DNA of 64,000 nt from Ostreococcus lucimarinus (Eukaryota): the NCBI GenBank assembly GCA_000092065.1, contig CP000582.1, one strand, 5' to 3'. The translations under genes and the position numbers were made by a program. Below are positions 30,296-40,487 of this stretch, piece after piece. Under the pieces are notes generated by a model that saw nothing but the letters and a program-made list of their open reading frames with translations, was not told where the DNA came from and ran no database searches. How positions within the stretch are numbered: position 1 is the stretch's first letter; every line of letters begins with the position of its first letter.

Positions 30296-31609
30296 ATGCG
30301 CGTCGGCCAAGATGAGCGCGTGAGTCTCATCCCCGAGCGCACCGCGGGCGACGACGGCGCCCCCGACGCGTCGTTCTCGTCGTCGACGCGCGCGCGCGCG
30401 TGCCTCAACACCCATCGCAGCAAGTTGACGTGGGCGTGCGTCGCCGTCGTTGTCGCGCTCGGCGCGGTGTGCGGCGTCGAGTTTAAGCTAGAGCGCGATC
30501 GCGAAATCGCGTGTCACACGCGCACGGATCGGGGGATGGGCGGACCGGGCGTGGTGCGACTGGGAGAGGGGCTGACGCCGCGCCGAGTCGGCGACTTTGG
30601 GGACGCGGCGGCGGCGGCGAAGGCGTTCCCCCTCCGTGCCGGTCACGATGATTATTCAAAGTACGACAGCGTCGCGCTGAAAGAATTAGTGATGGAACAC
30701 TTGCGCGGAAAGTGCGAAGGGAGCGGGTTACCGGTGTTCTTGCACATTCCGAAGACGGGCGGGACGACGATCGAGACGGTGCTGGGGACGTTGGGAATCG
30801 ACGTCGGGTATTGTCACAAGCGACCGTTTGAGTTCCGGAAGAAGTACATCGGGTACGAGCAGTGGCACACGCCGCCGGCGGCGGAGGTGCCGGATTCGTT
30901 CGCCATCGTGAGAAATCCTTACTCGCGAGCGCAGAGCGAATTTTTGTGGCGCATGAATTGGTTGGACAAGGCGCTCTTCCACAGCTTGAGGCCTGGATAC
31001 GACCCCGAGAATTGCAAGAAGTTTGAGAATCACATCAAGCAGCAGGTTCACGACGCCCACAAGTCCGAGTTGTCGCAGTGCTACCAAGAGGTCGAGTACA
31101 CCATCCAAGGCATGAACGAGTGCGACGGAAAGATTGCGGCGAGGTTGAACGTCGAATCGCACTGGCTCCCGCAATCCGTCACGGCGGCCAGCGCCTCGCG
31201 CTTGTTCCGCTTCGAAGAGTGCATGGGTCCAGAGGAAGGCACGTGCCCTCGTGTAAGAGGCGAAGGCGAGCAGCCCAACGTCGTGTCCTTTTTACGTTCC
31301 CGATTTCACCCCGCGGTGTCCATGGCTTCGCACGAAAACGATTGGAACGCCGCCGTGGTAAAACCCAACCTTCACGCGTGCTGGGAAAACATGAACCCCA
31401 GCGTGTTGAACGCATTCAACGCCTTCTTCAAGCACGACGTTTCAGCCTTCGGATACGAGATGGTGACCCCAGCCCACGCCCTGGACGCCCCCGACGGCGG
31501 ATTCCACTACGCTCCGGCGCTCGCGCTCGCGCCGAAAACTTTGGGCGAGATCCAAGCCGAGCTCCCGAGCGGTGACGTCGTCCAGGCCAACGTCGGTCCG
31601 CAGTGTTAA
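30296..31609 (+). CDS. Golgi-type sulfotransferase-like protein, copy 2 (a paralogue of 28872..30155).
   Basis: Signal-anchor KLTWACVAVVVALGAVCGV. GLPVFLHIPKTGGTTIETVLGTLGIDVGYCH and PDSFAIVRNPYSRAQSEFLW are near-identical to the blocks in copy 1. The gene begins about 140 bp after copy 1 ends. Confidence 0.7.
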   Translation: MRVGQDERVSLIPERTAGDDGAPDASFSSSTRARACLNTHRSKLTWACVAVVVALGAVCGVEFKLERDREIACHTRTDRGMGGPGVVRLGEGLTPRRVGDFGDAAAAAKAFPLRAGHDDYSKYDSVALKELVMEHLRGKCEGSGLPVFLHIPKTGGTTIETVLGTLGIDVGYCHKRPFEFRKKYIGYEQWHTPPAAEVPDSFAIVRNPYSRAQSEFLWRMNWLDKALFHSLRPGYDPENCKKFENHIKQQVHDAHKSELSQCYQEVEYTIQGMNECDGKIAARLNVESHWLPQSVTAASASRLFRFEECMGPEEGTCPRVRGEGEQPNVVSFLRSRFHPAVSMASHENDWNAAVVKPNLHACWENMNPSVLNAFNAFFKHDVSAFGYEMVTPAHALDAPDGGFHYAPALALAPKTLGEIQAELPSGDVVQANVGPQC

Positions 31610-31973
31610 CCCCGCGCGATGTCGATCGATCGCGCGCGACGTGCGGTCGGTAATCAACCCCAAGACATCGCAGACGTTTCCCCGTCGCCGCGCGCGCGCG
31701 CTCGAGCTCGCCGTCGTCGTCCCGACCGTCGCGCTCGACATCGCGTCGCGCGCGCCTCGCCCGAACTCGAGCTCGCGCGCGTCGCGCGCGATGCCCGTCG
31801 CCCGCGTCCTCCCCCGCGCCGCGCTCGCGTCGCTCTGGCCGCGCGGCGCGCGCGAACCGTCGCGCGCGCGTAACGACCGCGCCGCCGCCGACGATGACGC
31901 CGACGACGACGCCGCGGGACCGCCGTCGCGCGCGCGCGGCGCGCGACGACGGCGACGACCGCTTCGAGCGTCG

Positions 31974-33527
31974 ATGAGCGCCGTCGCGGCGCCCGCGCCG
32001 ACGCGCGCGACGACGGAGGTGACGATGGACGATCTGTCGCCGAACGATTACGCGTACAAGGCGCTCAAGCGACGATTCGACCACCTGGACGAGGGCGCGA
32101 AGGGATACGTCACGAGCGATGACATGCGACGCGCGCTGGAGAAATTGAAGGTGCCGTGCACGGCGCAGAGCGCGGACGATTTCGTGCGACGAACGATCGA
32201 CGAGGGGCGCGCGCGAGGCGCGCGCGAACGCGAACGCGACGACGGCGAAGGACGACCGCGGATGACGTTTAAGGAATTCGGGAATTTCGCGCTGCGGCGC
32301 GAGCGCGAGCTGCTGAGGACGTTTCAGAAATTCGATGGGGATCGGTCGGGGTATCTCACGGCGAAACAGTTGAAGAGGGTGCTGATGCGAGAGGGATACG
32401 CGACGGACGACGACGACGTGGAGGCGATGATGTATCGCATCAAGGCGGGGGAGGGCGCGTTTAGCAAGGGTAAGGGCTTGTTCAACGCGGCGAACGAAAA
32501 ATTCGTGACGCTGGCCAAGGCGATCGACTTTACCGAGTTTCGTGACTTTTTGATGCTCTCGGACGCCATGGACGCCACGGAAGCGTTGAGCGTGTGGTCG
32601 AGGTCCACCGTCGACGTCGGCGACGTGTCGTTAGCGTTTGCGAGCAAACGTAAAGCGAACGGAGGCGCTGGCGAGGTGATAAAGCACTTACTCGTGGGTG
32701 CCATCTCTGGAGGCGTCTCTAGAACCGTCGTCGCGCCGCTCGAGCGGGCGAAGATTGAATACATGCTCGATTCAACGACCATCGCGCGCGACGGTGGTCT
32801 CGTAGGAACTTTGAACAGAATCGTGCGAGATGAAGGCGCTGGAGGTCTGTTTCGCGGGAACACGCTCAACGTGTTGCGAATCGCCCCCACCAAAGCCGTC
32901 GAGTTCTTCGTGTACGACAAGTTCAAGGATTACATCATACGAAACGGCGATCAAACCGAGCTCGACGGTGCGCAACGCATGCTCGGTGGTTCCGTGGCGA
33001 GCATGTGCGGCACAGCGTTGACGCATCCCGTGGACACGTTACGGTCGCGCGTCTCTGGCACCGGCATGCTGTTGGGCGACTGCTGGAAACAGCTCGTCGC
33101 CAACGAAGGCTACGGTGCGCTGTGGAAAGGTTTGGGTGCGAATATGGTGCGCGTAGCACCCTACGGCGCGATCAATTTCTACGTATACGACGCCTGCAAG
33201 GGTTTGTACCGGCGACAATTCGGTGAAAAGGCAAAGATGTCTGCGCTACCGACGATGTGTTTCGGCGCGCTCGCCGGCGCCGCGGCGCAAACGGGCGTGT
33301 ATCCACTCGAAATGATTCAACGTCGAATCCAAGTCGCCGGAATGAAGAAAGGTGCAGGATACGCCTATAAAAACATGTTCCATGGGATTTACGTCGTCGG
33401 AAAGAATGAAGGCATCGGTGCGCTTTACGCTGGCTTGATTCCGAATTACGCCAAGATTTTACCCTCGGCGGCAATTTCGTTTTACGTTTACGAGCTCATG
33501 AAGCAAGTGTTCGAAATCGACAAGTGA
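31974..33527 (+). CDS. Calcium-binding mitochondrial carrier (EF-hand plus SLC25 carrier, SCaMC/APC-like).
   Basis: The EF-hand loops are DEGAKGYVTSDDM and DGDRSGYLTAKQL. There are three carrier repeats (LLVGAISGGVSRTVVAPLERAKI, PTKAVEFFVYDKFK, RVAPYGAINFYVYD). The start is uncertain (MSAVAAP at 31974 or an upstream Met). Confidence 0.8.
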   Translation: MSAVAAPAPTRATTEVTMDDLSPNDYAYKALKRRFDHLDEGAKGYVTSDDMRRALEKLKVPCTAQSADDFVRRTIDEGRARGARERERDDGEGRPRMTFKEFGNFALRRERELLRTFQKFDGDRSGYLTAKQLKRVLMREGYATDDDDVEAMMYRIKAGEGAFSKGKGLFNAANEKFVTLAKAIDFTEFRDFLMLSDAMDATEALSVWSRSTVDVGDVSLAFASKRKANGGAGEVIKHLLVGAISGGVSRTVVAPLERAKIEYMLDSTTIARDGGLVGTLNRIVRDEGAGGLFRGNTLNVLRIAPTKAVEFFVYDKFKDYIIRNGDQTELDGAQRMLGGSVASMCGTALTHPVDTLRSRVSGTGMLLGDCWKQLVANEGYGALWKGLGANMVRVAPYGAINFYVYDACKGLYRRQFGEKAKMSALPTMCFGALAGAAAQTGVYPLEMIQRRIQVAGMKKGAGYAYKNMFHGIYVVGKNEGIGALYAGLIPNYAKILPSAAISFYVYELMKQVFEIDK

Positions 33528-33608
33528 ATGAGCATCTCAACGCACGCCAAATTAGGCTGTTATATACTAAAATCATGTTGTTACTACGTACTACTGTTGT
33601 AATCAGAC

Positions 33609-34544
33609 TCACTTCTTTGAGCGTACTTCCGGAATTCGTTTTGGATCGTCCACCGGCGCGGGCATCGGATCCTTGGGCACTGCGGGTTCATCTTCAGGAG
33701 CGGCTTCAAACTTAAACCTCTCCTTGCTGTTTCGTAAGAACGCTCGTCCCAACCCACCCGCGATCTCGTGGTGAATGGCGTTCTCCACGAGCTCGTTTGC
33801 CTCCTCTTCGATGGCGCCAGCGTGCATTGGTAGCGCCAAGTCAGCGGAGTATGGATCGTATGGATCGTCTGACGGTTCCGTTGTCGGCTCCGGTGGTGTC
33901 GGTACAGGCTGCGGTGCCGGCTCTGGCTGTGGCTGCGACGCCGGCTCTGGCTGTGGCTGCGGCGCCGGCTCTGGCTGTGGCTGCGGCGCCGGCTCTGGCT
34001 GTGGCTGCGGCGCCGGCTCTGGCTGTGGCTGCGGCGCCGGCTCTGGCTGCGGCGCCGGCTGCGATGACGGCTCAGGCTGTGGCGTCGGCTGTGGCATCGG
34101 CGGCGGCGGATAAGTCGTGGACACATCCGGTGTCGTCGCTCTCGGTGCCGCACTCGGCCCTAAATCGCTATTCCTGGAGCTCGACGCCGAGTCCGAATCC
34201 ACCGTCACCTTTGCCGGCGAATCGTCGCCGTTAAAGTGTTGAAAGCCGAACGCCGCGACCGCTGCGAACGCCGCGAGCACGAACACCAGCGCGCACATCC
34301 GTCCACACCCGCGCTTAAACGACTCATTCCGCGCCCTTTGACGCTCTAAATACTCGGGCGCGTCTAACAACGACTCCCGTTCGCCTCCGCTTCGCGACGT
34401 CGCCCCGCCGCCGTCCCGCGCGATCTCTTCCGCGTTCCTCTCCCGCTCGATCGCCTTGGAATACCGCGCCGCGGTGGCGGCATATCGTTCGGAGTGTCTG
34501 AATGACCCACTCGCGCGATCAAGCGCCGGTCCGCGACCGCTCAT
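33609..34544 (-). CDS. Single-pass membrane protein with a proline/glutamine-rich (EPAPQPQP)n tandem repeat.
   Basis: A TM helix MCALVFVLAAFAAVAAFGF is followed by about 10 repeats of PQPEPAPQ. These are encoded by perfect 24-nt tandem units. The unique C-terminal region is acidic. Confidence 0.6.
   Translation of the reverse strand: MSGRGPALDRASGSFRHSERYAATAARYSKAIERERNAEEIARDGGGATSRSGGERESLLDAPEYLERQRARNESFKRGCGRMCALVFVLAAFAAVAAFGFQHFNGDDSPAKVTVDSDSASSSRNSDLGPSAAPRATTPDVSTTYPPPPMPQPTPQPEPSSQPAPQPEPAPQPQPEPAPQPQPEPAPQPQPEPAPQPQPEPASQPQPEPAPQPVPTPPEPTTEPSDDPYDPYSADLALPMHAGAIEEEANELVENAIHHEIAGGLGRAFLRNSKERFKFEAAPEDEPAVPKDPMPAPVDDPKRIPEVRSKK
33905..34100. repeat. Tandem repeat of 24-nt units (gccggctctggctgtggctgcggc), about 7-8 copies, inside the PQ-repeat gene.
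   Basis: Direct inspection: consecutive near-identical 24-mers occupy lines 33901-34081. Confidence 0.9.
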
Positions 34545-34896
34545 CGCGTCGGCGTCGCCGTTCGACCGCGCTCAACACCCTACGCCGTTGCGTCCGTCTC
34601 GTTCGCGTCGAGCGACGTCGCACGGACGCGCGCGCGCGATCGTCGACGCGAACGAAAGTTCGCGACGTTCGTCGAGCTGTTACGGTCGATCAGACGATGT
34701 CGGCGCCGGCGAGCGCGTTGTGGCGCGGCTGCCATCGTGATGATGATTTCCATCCATGGGCGGGGTGTTGGTTTGAACAGAAGCCGCCGCGATAGGTGTA
34801 CACTTGCCGATGGTTACAAAGAGAATGGGGGAGACGAGATGCGCGAGCGATGTAGACTACTGCGATGGAACGTCGCGACCGAGCGGTCAGCCGTTT

Positions 34897-37425
34897 CTAT
34901 CCGCGAATTTTGAGCTCGCGGCCCTTCTGGCGCGCCTGAACGACGCCTCGACGCACGAGCTCTTTTTCGCATTCGAGAACGTCTTCGCGAAAATGTGCGC
35001 GAAGATCTGGGACGTTGGTCTTTTGAATGTCGTTTCCTCGTGTGCCATTGAGCCAATACTGATCACTCACCCAGTGCTTTTTCGACGCTCGCGGGAATCC
35101 GCTGTTTAAAACGCTGGTTTTGGCGATTTCACACAAGTCGGCGGCGCTGAGTTTCCAAACTTGCGCGGCGACGGAGTACTCCTCGACCAAAGGCTCTTTG
35201 GTCATGTGAATCATGAGTGGATCATCCGTACTGAGTGATACTCGCAAACCTCGAGCAAAGAACACCGGGAACGGGTTCTTATGATAATCGATGAATAACG
35301 AGTTGTTGCTCAAGGGCGACATGTCGAGCGGAATTTGCGTGAGATAGTACAGGTATTGCAGACACGGCGACTTGCGCAGGTTCAAGCCGTGCGCAATATT
35401 CTTCGCGAGCATAAATGTGGTGCACAGGTGATCGATGTCTCCCGCCTCACCGGCGTGAGGCCTGAAGGCGATGGTATTCAACCCTTTACTGACGCGCAAT
35501 GCGTTCAGCGTGTACAGGTTGGCGTACACGTAGTAGGCGTAGTAGGCGTACGCGGGGTTGTGAGACACGTCCCAGTCCACTGGTACACGCATGTGCTTAC
35601 TTGGTCTGCGCTCAGGTTTCGATTCGTCGTCTACCATGTCCACCCCGATCACCATTTGGAGAAACGTATGCAACTTTGGATGCGACGAAGGGTCTACCGT
35701 GACTTCAAACAGAGGCTTGAAAATGTTATCGAGCATCTGCTGGAAGTTTTTCATCGTCCCATTACTGTGGTAGATGTTGTACAATCGCGGTATCTGAATC
35801 ATCCATACGATATTTTCGCTGAAGACGTTGTTATTCAGCACCCAAGCCGCGAGATTGTCCCATTCGCCGGGTTTACGCCCATAGATGGAGATGCGATACT
35901 CCGCCATGGTGTATTTGTTCGCCTCCAAGTCCGAGCATACTTGCTTCGTGAGCTCGGCGAGGAACCGACCACGAATCAAGTTGTCTTGCTTGATGAAAAT
36001 TTCTCGCAAGCGAGACTGTCCCATGGGGTTGTACTTGAGATTGAACCTATCGAAGCGATGAAACGTATTCTTGTCCGCGTGCATGTCCAATGTATCGACG
36101 TTGAGTTCGTATGCCGTCATTCCGATCGATTCGAACACCTCTCGAAGGTTCAAAAACTTGCCGTCCCGATAAACCACAAGTTCGTGAGGCTCTCGTTTAA
36201 GCTTGGACTTGATGAAGCGCAACAAGTGCTTTTGGTTCATGCACGCGCTGTGATGCACGTGCGTATCAACCTTTCTGACGTTGTAAAAGTCGCGATGTGG
36301 CGCCTTCTTTTGCTCTAAAAACTCTCGATCAGCGTTCAACATGACGTGTAGATTGAACTTTTGCTCCGTCAACAACAGCCTTTTGTGACAAAACGTCTTC
36401 GATGGACCGTACGATTGCACCTTTAGTAATGCGTGCAAGTCGTAGAAGAAATCTGTCGCCGTGCCGGGCGGTTTATGCGCCAACTCGACCTCGCCTTGCG
36501 CGTTCGGGTGGTACACGTGCATGACTCCATCGATCATTTCGAACGTGTGCTGCGATTTAGGTGGTAGCGGCGGCATTTTATCCACCTTACCGACGATAGG
36601 ACATGCCCCTTCACTGTCGTCGAATAACCACTTGTCGCGTAAACCGAGCGCGTACTCTAGCATGAGGCACACTTCCTCGCATTCGTCACCCAAGGTTTCC
36701 ATCATTTCAGTCGCGACTTTTTCGTACTGCATATCTGATTCTCCGGCGTGCGTCACGCGCGGCGACGAAAATAGACCGTTCGCCGCGGCACCACCACTGC
36801 CCGATCGTTGGAACAATTCTCGTCCGATGGCGCGGTCCGCCGGTTTCAAACCGATGGGCATGTTACCGTCGGGGGTCGCCGTCCACGGCGTCTTGACGGT
36901 CCTAGGCGACGTGACCCCACTCTCATTCGACGCCGAGGGCGTCGGAGTCAGCGTCGCTTTGTCGTGCATTTTCTCCTGAAGCTTTTCCATCGTGCGTTCG
37001 AGCTCGACGCTGGCGCTCAACGCTCGCGGCAACGGCGACTCGATCAACCGCTCTATGCTCGAGTCCGGCGCACCGTACGCTCGCCCACGTCGCGCCATGG
37101 GCGATTCCACGACGTCTATGTGCGTGCGTTCTTCCTCACCTTCGGTCTCTGTTTCTGTTTCCGGTTCGACTTCCGTCTCCGTTAAACCGTCGTTCGCCGC
37201 CCACGCGAGTTGACTCAGCGGCCCGCGTTTCTTCGGCGTGCCGAGACTGACGTCTCGAGATAATCGTCCGTTGTGATGACTGCCATCTTCACCGCCGTCC
37301 GAAACCGTCTGTCCGAACGCGTTCGCCTTCGTCGGCGTCCCCGGCGTCGACCGGTTCGCCGACGCGTACGCCGGATACTCCTCCACGTCCGCCAAGCTCC
37401 CCGAGATCGATCTCGACTGCGACAA
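34897..37425 (-). CDS. AMPD: AMP deaminase.
   Basis: SHPKLHTFLQMVIGVDMVDDESKPE, HAGEAGDIDHLCTTFMLAKNIAHGLNLRK and SLSTDDPLMIHMTKEPLVEEYS match the conserved catalytic blocks. The ORF-track start at 37425 is a TTG. The first in-frame ATG is at about 37098, and the N-terminal 109 aa look coding, so an upstream exon is possible. Confidence 0.85.
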   Translation of the reverse strand: MSQSRSISGSLADVEEYPAYASANRSTPGTPTKANAFGQTVSDGGEDGSHHNGRLSRDVSLGTPKKRGPLSQLAWAANDGLTETEVEPETETETEGEEERTHIDVVESPMARRGRAYGAPDSSIERLIESPLPRALSASVELERTMEKLQEKMHDKATLTPTPSASNESGVTSPRTVKTPWTATPDGNMPIGLKPADRAIGRELFQRSGSGGAAANGLFSSPRVTHAGESDMQYEKVATEMMETLGDECEEVCLMLEYALGLRDKWLFDDSEGACPIVGKVDKMPPLPPKSQHTFEMIDGVMHVYHPNAQGEVELAHKPPGTATDFFYDLHALLKVQSYGPSKTFCHKRLLLTEQKFNLHVMLNADREFLEQKKAPHRDFYNVRKVDTHVHHSACMNQKHLLRFIKSKLKREPHELVVYRDGKFLNLREVFESIGMTAYELNVDTLDMHADKNTFHRFDRFNLKYNPMGQSRLREIFIKQDNLIRGRFLAELTKQVCSDLEANKYTMAEYRISIYGRKPGEWDNLAAWVLNNNVFSENIVWMIQIPRLYNIYHSNGTMKNFQQMLDNIFKPLFEVTVDPSSHPKLHTFLQMVIGVDMVDDESKPERRPSKHMRVPVDWDVSHNPAYAYYAYYVYANLYTLNALRVSKGLNTIAFRPHAGEAGDIDHLCTTFMLAKNIAHGLNLRKSPCLQYLYYLTQIPLDMSPLSNNSLFIDYHKNPFPVFFARGLRVSLSTDDPLMIHMTKEPLVEEYSVAAQVWKLSAADLCEIAKTSVLNSGFPRASKKHWVSDQYWLNGTRGNDIQKTNVPDLRAHFREDVLECEKELVRRGVVQARQKGRELKIRG

Positions 37426-37998
37426 CCGACTGACACTCGTCGCGTCGCTCTTCTCTCGTCCCGACGGCGACGCCGCGCCGCTGCTTCCGGTTCGTCGCCG
37501 TCCCGAGCGCGCGCCTCGTCCCGAGCTCTTGCCAGAGTTTTGTTGCTCGGCCAGCTGCTTCTCGCGTTCTATCGCCTCCAGCGCGGTGAGCAGGCCGATT
37601 TGCTGTTCACTAAAGTCTTTCGCCGCGCTCTTCAGCGCGTACGCCGACGCGATGGCGAGCTGCGCGTCGCGTGAGCGTCAACCGTCAGTCCGAGGCGTTG
37701 GATTTCAAACAAACTTCAACTCTGCGCGCGGGCGAAGCGATGCGCACCGTCGACGCGAGGGCGGCGACGAGCGTGAACCCCACGAAGAACGCGCGCCCGT
37801 CGTCGTCGGACATGACGATCACCGCGCGCGCGTCGTGGACTGAGGACGGCGACGCGTCGGAGTCTCGGGACGTCTGGCGGCGCCGGCGCCGCCGCCGCCG
37901 AACGAACATCCGTGGATGCGACGATGACACGGCGATCGCTCGCCCGCTAAATATGTCGCTACAAACGCTAAACTAACGTCGCTAGGGGATCCGCGCGT

Positions 37999-39450
37999 CT
38001 ACGGCGCGGCGTCGAGCGGTGGCGCTCGAGCGAAGACGAGGCTGGCGTTGGTGCCGCCGAAACCAAACGAGTTGCTCATCGCCGCTCGAGCGTCGTCGCG
38101 CAGTCGAGCCGCGACGCCACCAGCGCCGACGATTGGGATTCGTAAGTTTGGGTCGACCGTGTCGTATCCGAACGTCGGAGGCACGTCTCCGGTGTGAAGA
38201 GCCATGACGGTGTACGCGGCTTCGATGGCGCCCGCGGCGCCGAGCAAATGCCCGGTGGCGCCCTTCGTGGACGTCGTGAGCACGCGCCCAGACTCGATCG
38301 CGTCCGCACCGAAGACTGTTTTGAGCGCCATGGCTTCTGCGGCGTCGCCCAAAGGCGTCCCCGTGGCGTGCGCGTTGACGTATCCAACGTCGAGCGGATC
38401 GTCGACGCCGGCGTCTCGCATGGCGGCTCGCATCGCGCGCGCCGCGCCTTCGCCATCCGGGCTCGCGCGCGTGACGTGGTGCGCGTCTCCCGACGCGCCG
38501 TAGCCGCGTATCTCGGCGTACACCTTATCGACGCCTCGCGCGCGCGCGTGTTCGAGAGTTTCGAGCACTAAAACCCCCGCGCCTTCGCCCATGACGAAGC
38601 CGTCGCGCGCGACGTCAAACGGTTTCGCTCTCCCCGTCGCGCTCAGCGCCCTCGCCTTGGCGAACGCCGCCAATGAAACGGCATCTATGCATCCCTCAGC
38701 ACCACCGGCGATCATCACGTTCGCATCGCCGCGCTGTAGCGCCCTAAACGCGTCCCCTATGCAGTGCGCCGACGTCGCGCACGCCGTCGCCGCCGCCAAA
38801 TTCGGCCCTCGAAACCCGTGATCCATCGATATCCTCCCCGCCCCCGCGTTGGCCAAAATCCGCGGCACAAAGTACGGCGATATCCTCCGCAGTTCACCCT
38901 TCGCCATCCAACCTCCCGCGCGCGTTAAATCGCTCGCGCCTCCCATCCCCGCGCCGAACGACACCCCCACGTCGTCCCTCGGCGCGTCCCTCGCGCTCGT
39001 CATCCCCGCGTCCTCGATCGCCTCCTTCGCCGCGCACCGTCCGTACGCCACGAACGACGCCAAACTTCCTCCATCGCTCCACGCGTTCGCGTCGTACCCT
39101 TCCCTTCGGTTCACGACGCCCGCGTGCCGCGTTCGCGCCCGCGCGCCGTCGCTCGCCGCGAGCGCGTTCCAGCACTCGCGCGCGAGATCGTCCTCGCGCA
39201 GCGCCCGCGTCGCGCCCGCGTTCGCCAGCAGCGCGCGCCAGTTCTCCGCCGTCGTCCGCGCGAGCGGGGTGACGAGTCCGACGCCCGTGACGACGACGCG
39301 GCGCGGATAAAGCGCGTCGAGCGGGACACCGCGCGCGTAATGGGACATCGACCGTCGCGCGTCGCCGAGGCGTCGCGAGCCATCGCGCGACGCGCGAAGC
39401 GCTTCGAGGACTCGCGTCGACGCGTCGCGACGCGCCGACGCGAGCGCCAT
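37999..39450 (-). CDS. KAS: 3-oxoacyl-[acyl-carrier-protein] synthase (KAS I/II family), organelle-targeted.
   Basis: RRVVVTGVGLVTPLA, the active-site Cys block AATACATSAHCIGDAFRALQRGD, NAHATGTPLGD, STKGATGHLLGAAG and GFGGTNASLVF are all present. ATG at 39450 (MALASARRDASTR..., presequence-like). Confidence 0.85.
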   Translation of the reverse strand: MALASARRDASTRVLEALRASRDGSRRLGDARRSMSHYARGVPLDALYPRRVVVTGVGLVTPLARTTAENWRALLANAGATRALREDDLARECWNALAASDGARARTRHAGVVNRREGYDANAWSDGGSLASFVAYGRCAAKEAIEDAGMTSARDAPRDDVGVSFGAGMGGASDLTRAGGWMAKGELRRISPYFVPRILANAGAGRISMDHGFRGPNLAAATACATSAHCIGDAFRALQRGDANVMIAGGAEGCIDAVSLAAFAKARALSATGRAKPFDVARDGFVMGEGAGVLVLETLEHARARGVDKVYAEIRGYGASGDAHHVTRASPDGEGAARAMRAAMRDAGVDDPLDVGYVNAHATGTPLGDAAEAMALKTVFGADAIESGRVLTTSTKGATGHLLGAAGAIEAAYTVMALHTGDVPPTFGYDTVDPNLRIPIVGAGGVAARLRDDARAAMSNSFGFGGTNASLVFARAPPLDAAP

Positions 39451-39537
39451 CGCGGTGTGCGGCGTCGACGACGCGATGACGTCGACGATGGATGCGACGG
39501 CGACGGCGACACAGAGCGACGCGCGGTGCCGACGGCG

Positions 39538-40398
39538 ATGACGCGCGCGCTCGGCGCGACGCGCGCGAGCCGCGGGCGCGTCGCGCGCGTCTCGCGCGTC
39601 TCGCGCGACCGGACGACGCGCCGAGCGCGCGGCGCGACGCGCGTCGAAGCCGCGGCGGATAAAGCGCCGTCGGTCGTCGTGCTCGGAGGGTCGGGATTCG
39701 TCGGCGCGCGCGTCGTCGAGGCGCTCGCGCGCGCGGGCGCGCGCGTGACGACCATCTCTCGCTCGGGACGCGACGCGACGGGCGCGCGCGAGGCGCGGGC
39801 GGTGGATCTGGCGGAGGCGAGCGCGGCGCGCGAGGCGCTGGCGGAGGCGCTGCGAGACGTCGACTGCGTCGTGTCGTGCGTCGGCGTCATCGGCGGCGAT
39901 GACGAGGCGATGCGGAGAGGGAACGGGGATCATAACGTGCTCGCGATCGAGGCGGCGAAGAAAGCGGGCGTCGGGCGGTTCGTGTACGTGAGCGTGGCGA
40001 GCGTCGTGCCGGACGTCGTGGGCAAGACGCCGTTGATGAGGGGGTACTTTGAGGGTAAGCGCGACGCGGAGGCGTGCTTGCGCGAGAATTACGCGGAAGG
40101 TGATTACTTCATCGTGAAACCGAGCTTCATTTACGGCGGGGATGCGTTTTCGTTGACGCCGCCGCGAGTGACGAAGACGTACGGCGACGTCTTGGCCAAG
40201 GTGCTCGGCAGCGGACCCGTCAAGGCTTTGGCGGCGAAAGCGCCGGGACCGATCGCGTTGACGCTCGCGGAACCGGTGAGCGTGGAAGACGTCGCGGGTG
40301 CGTGCGTGGCGGGCGCGATGGGGACGTACAGCGCGTCCAACGTCGTCGACGGGACGGACGACATCAAAAAAGCCGCCGCCGCCGTCGCCGCCGCGTGA
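39538..40398 (+). CDS. NAD(P)-binding Rossmann-fold protein (NmrA/atypical SDR, epimerase-like) with an N-terminal targeting region.
   Basis: VVVLGGSGFVGARVVEALARAGARVTTISRSG is a GxxGxxG Rossmann motif. The gene is divergent from KAS, with the ATGs about 87 bp apart. TGTAA lies about 20 nt after the stop. Confidence 0.7.
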   Translation: MTRALGATRASRGRVARVSRVSRDRTTRRARGATRVEAAADKAPSVVVLGGSGFVGARVVEALARAGARVTTISRSGRDATGAREARAVDLAEASAAREALAEALRDVDCVVSCVGVIGGDDEAMRRGNGDHNVLAIEAAKKAGVGRFVYVSVASVVPDVVGKTPLMRGYFEGKRDAEACLRENYAEGDYFIVKPSFIYGGDAFSLTPPRVTKTYGDVLAKVLGSGPVKALAAKAPGPIALTLAEPVSVEDVAGACVAGAMGTYSASNVVDGTDDIKKAAAAVAAA

Positions 40399-40487
40399 GT
40401 CGATACGAATGGTTTTGTAACGAAGCGCGCGCGCAATATCATTTCACCGACTGTCGTCCTAAACACAAAAAATACTGTACTCGTTCA

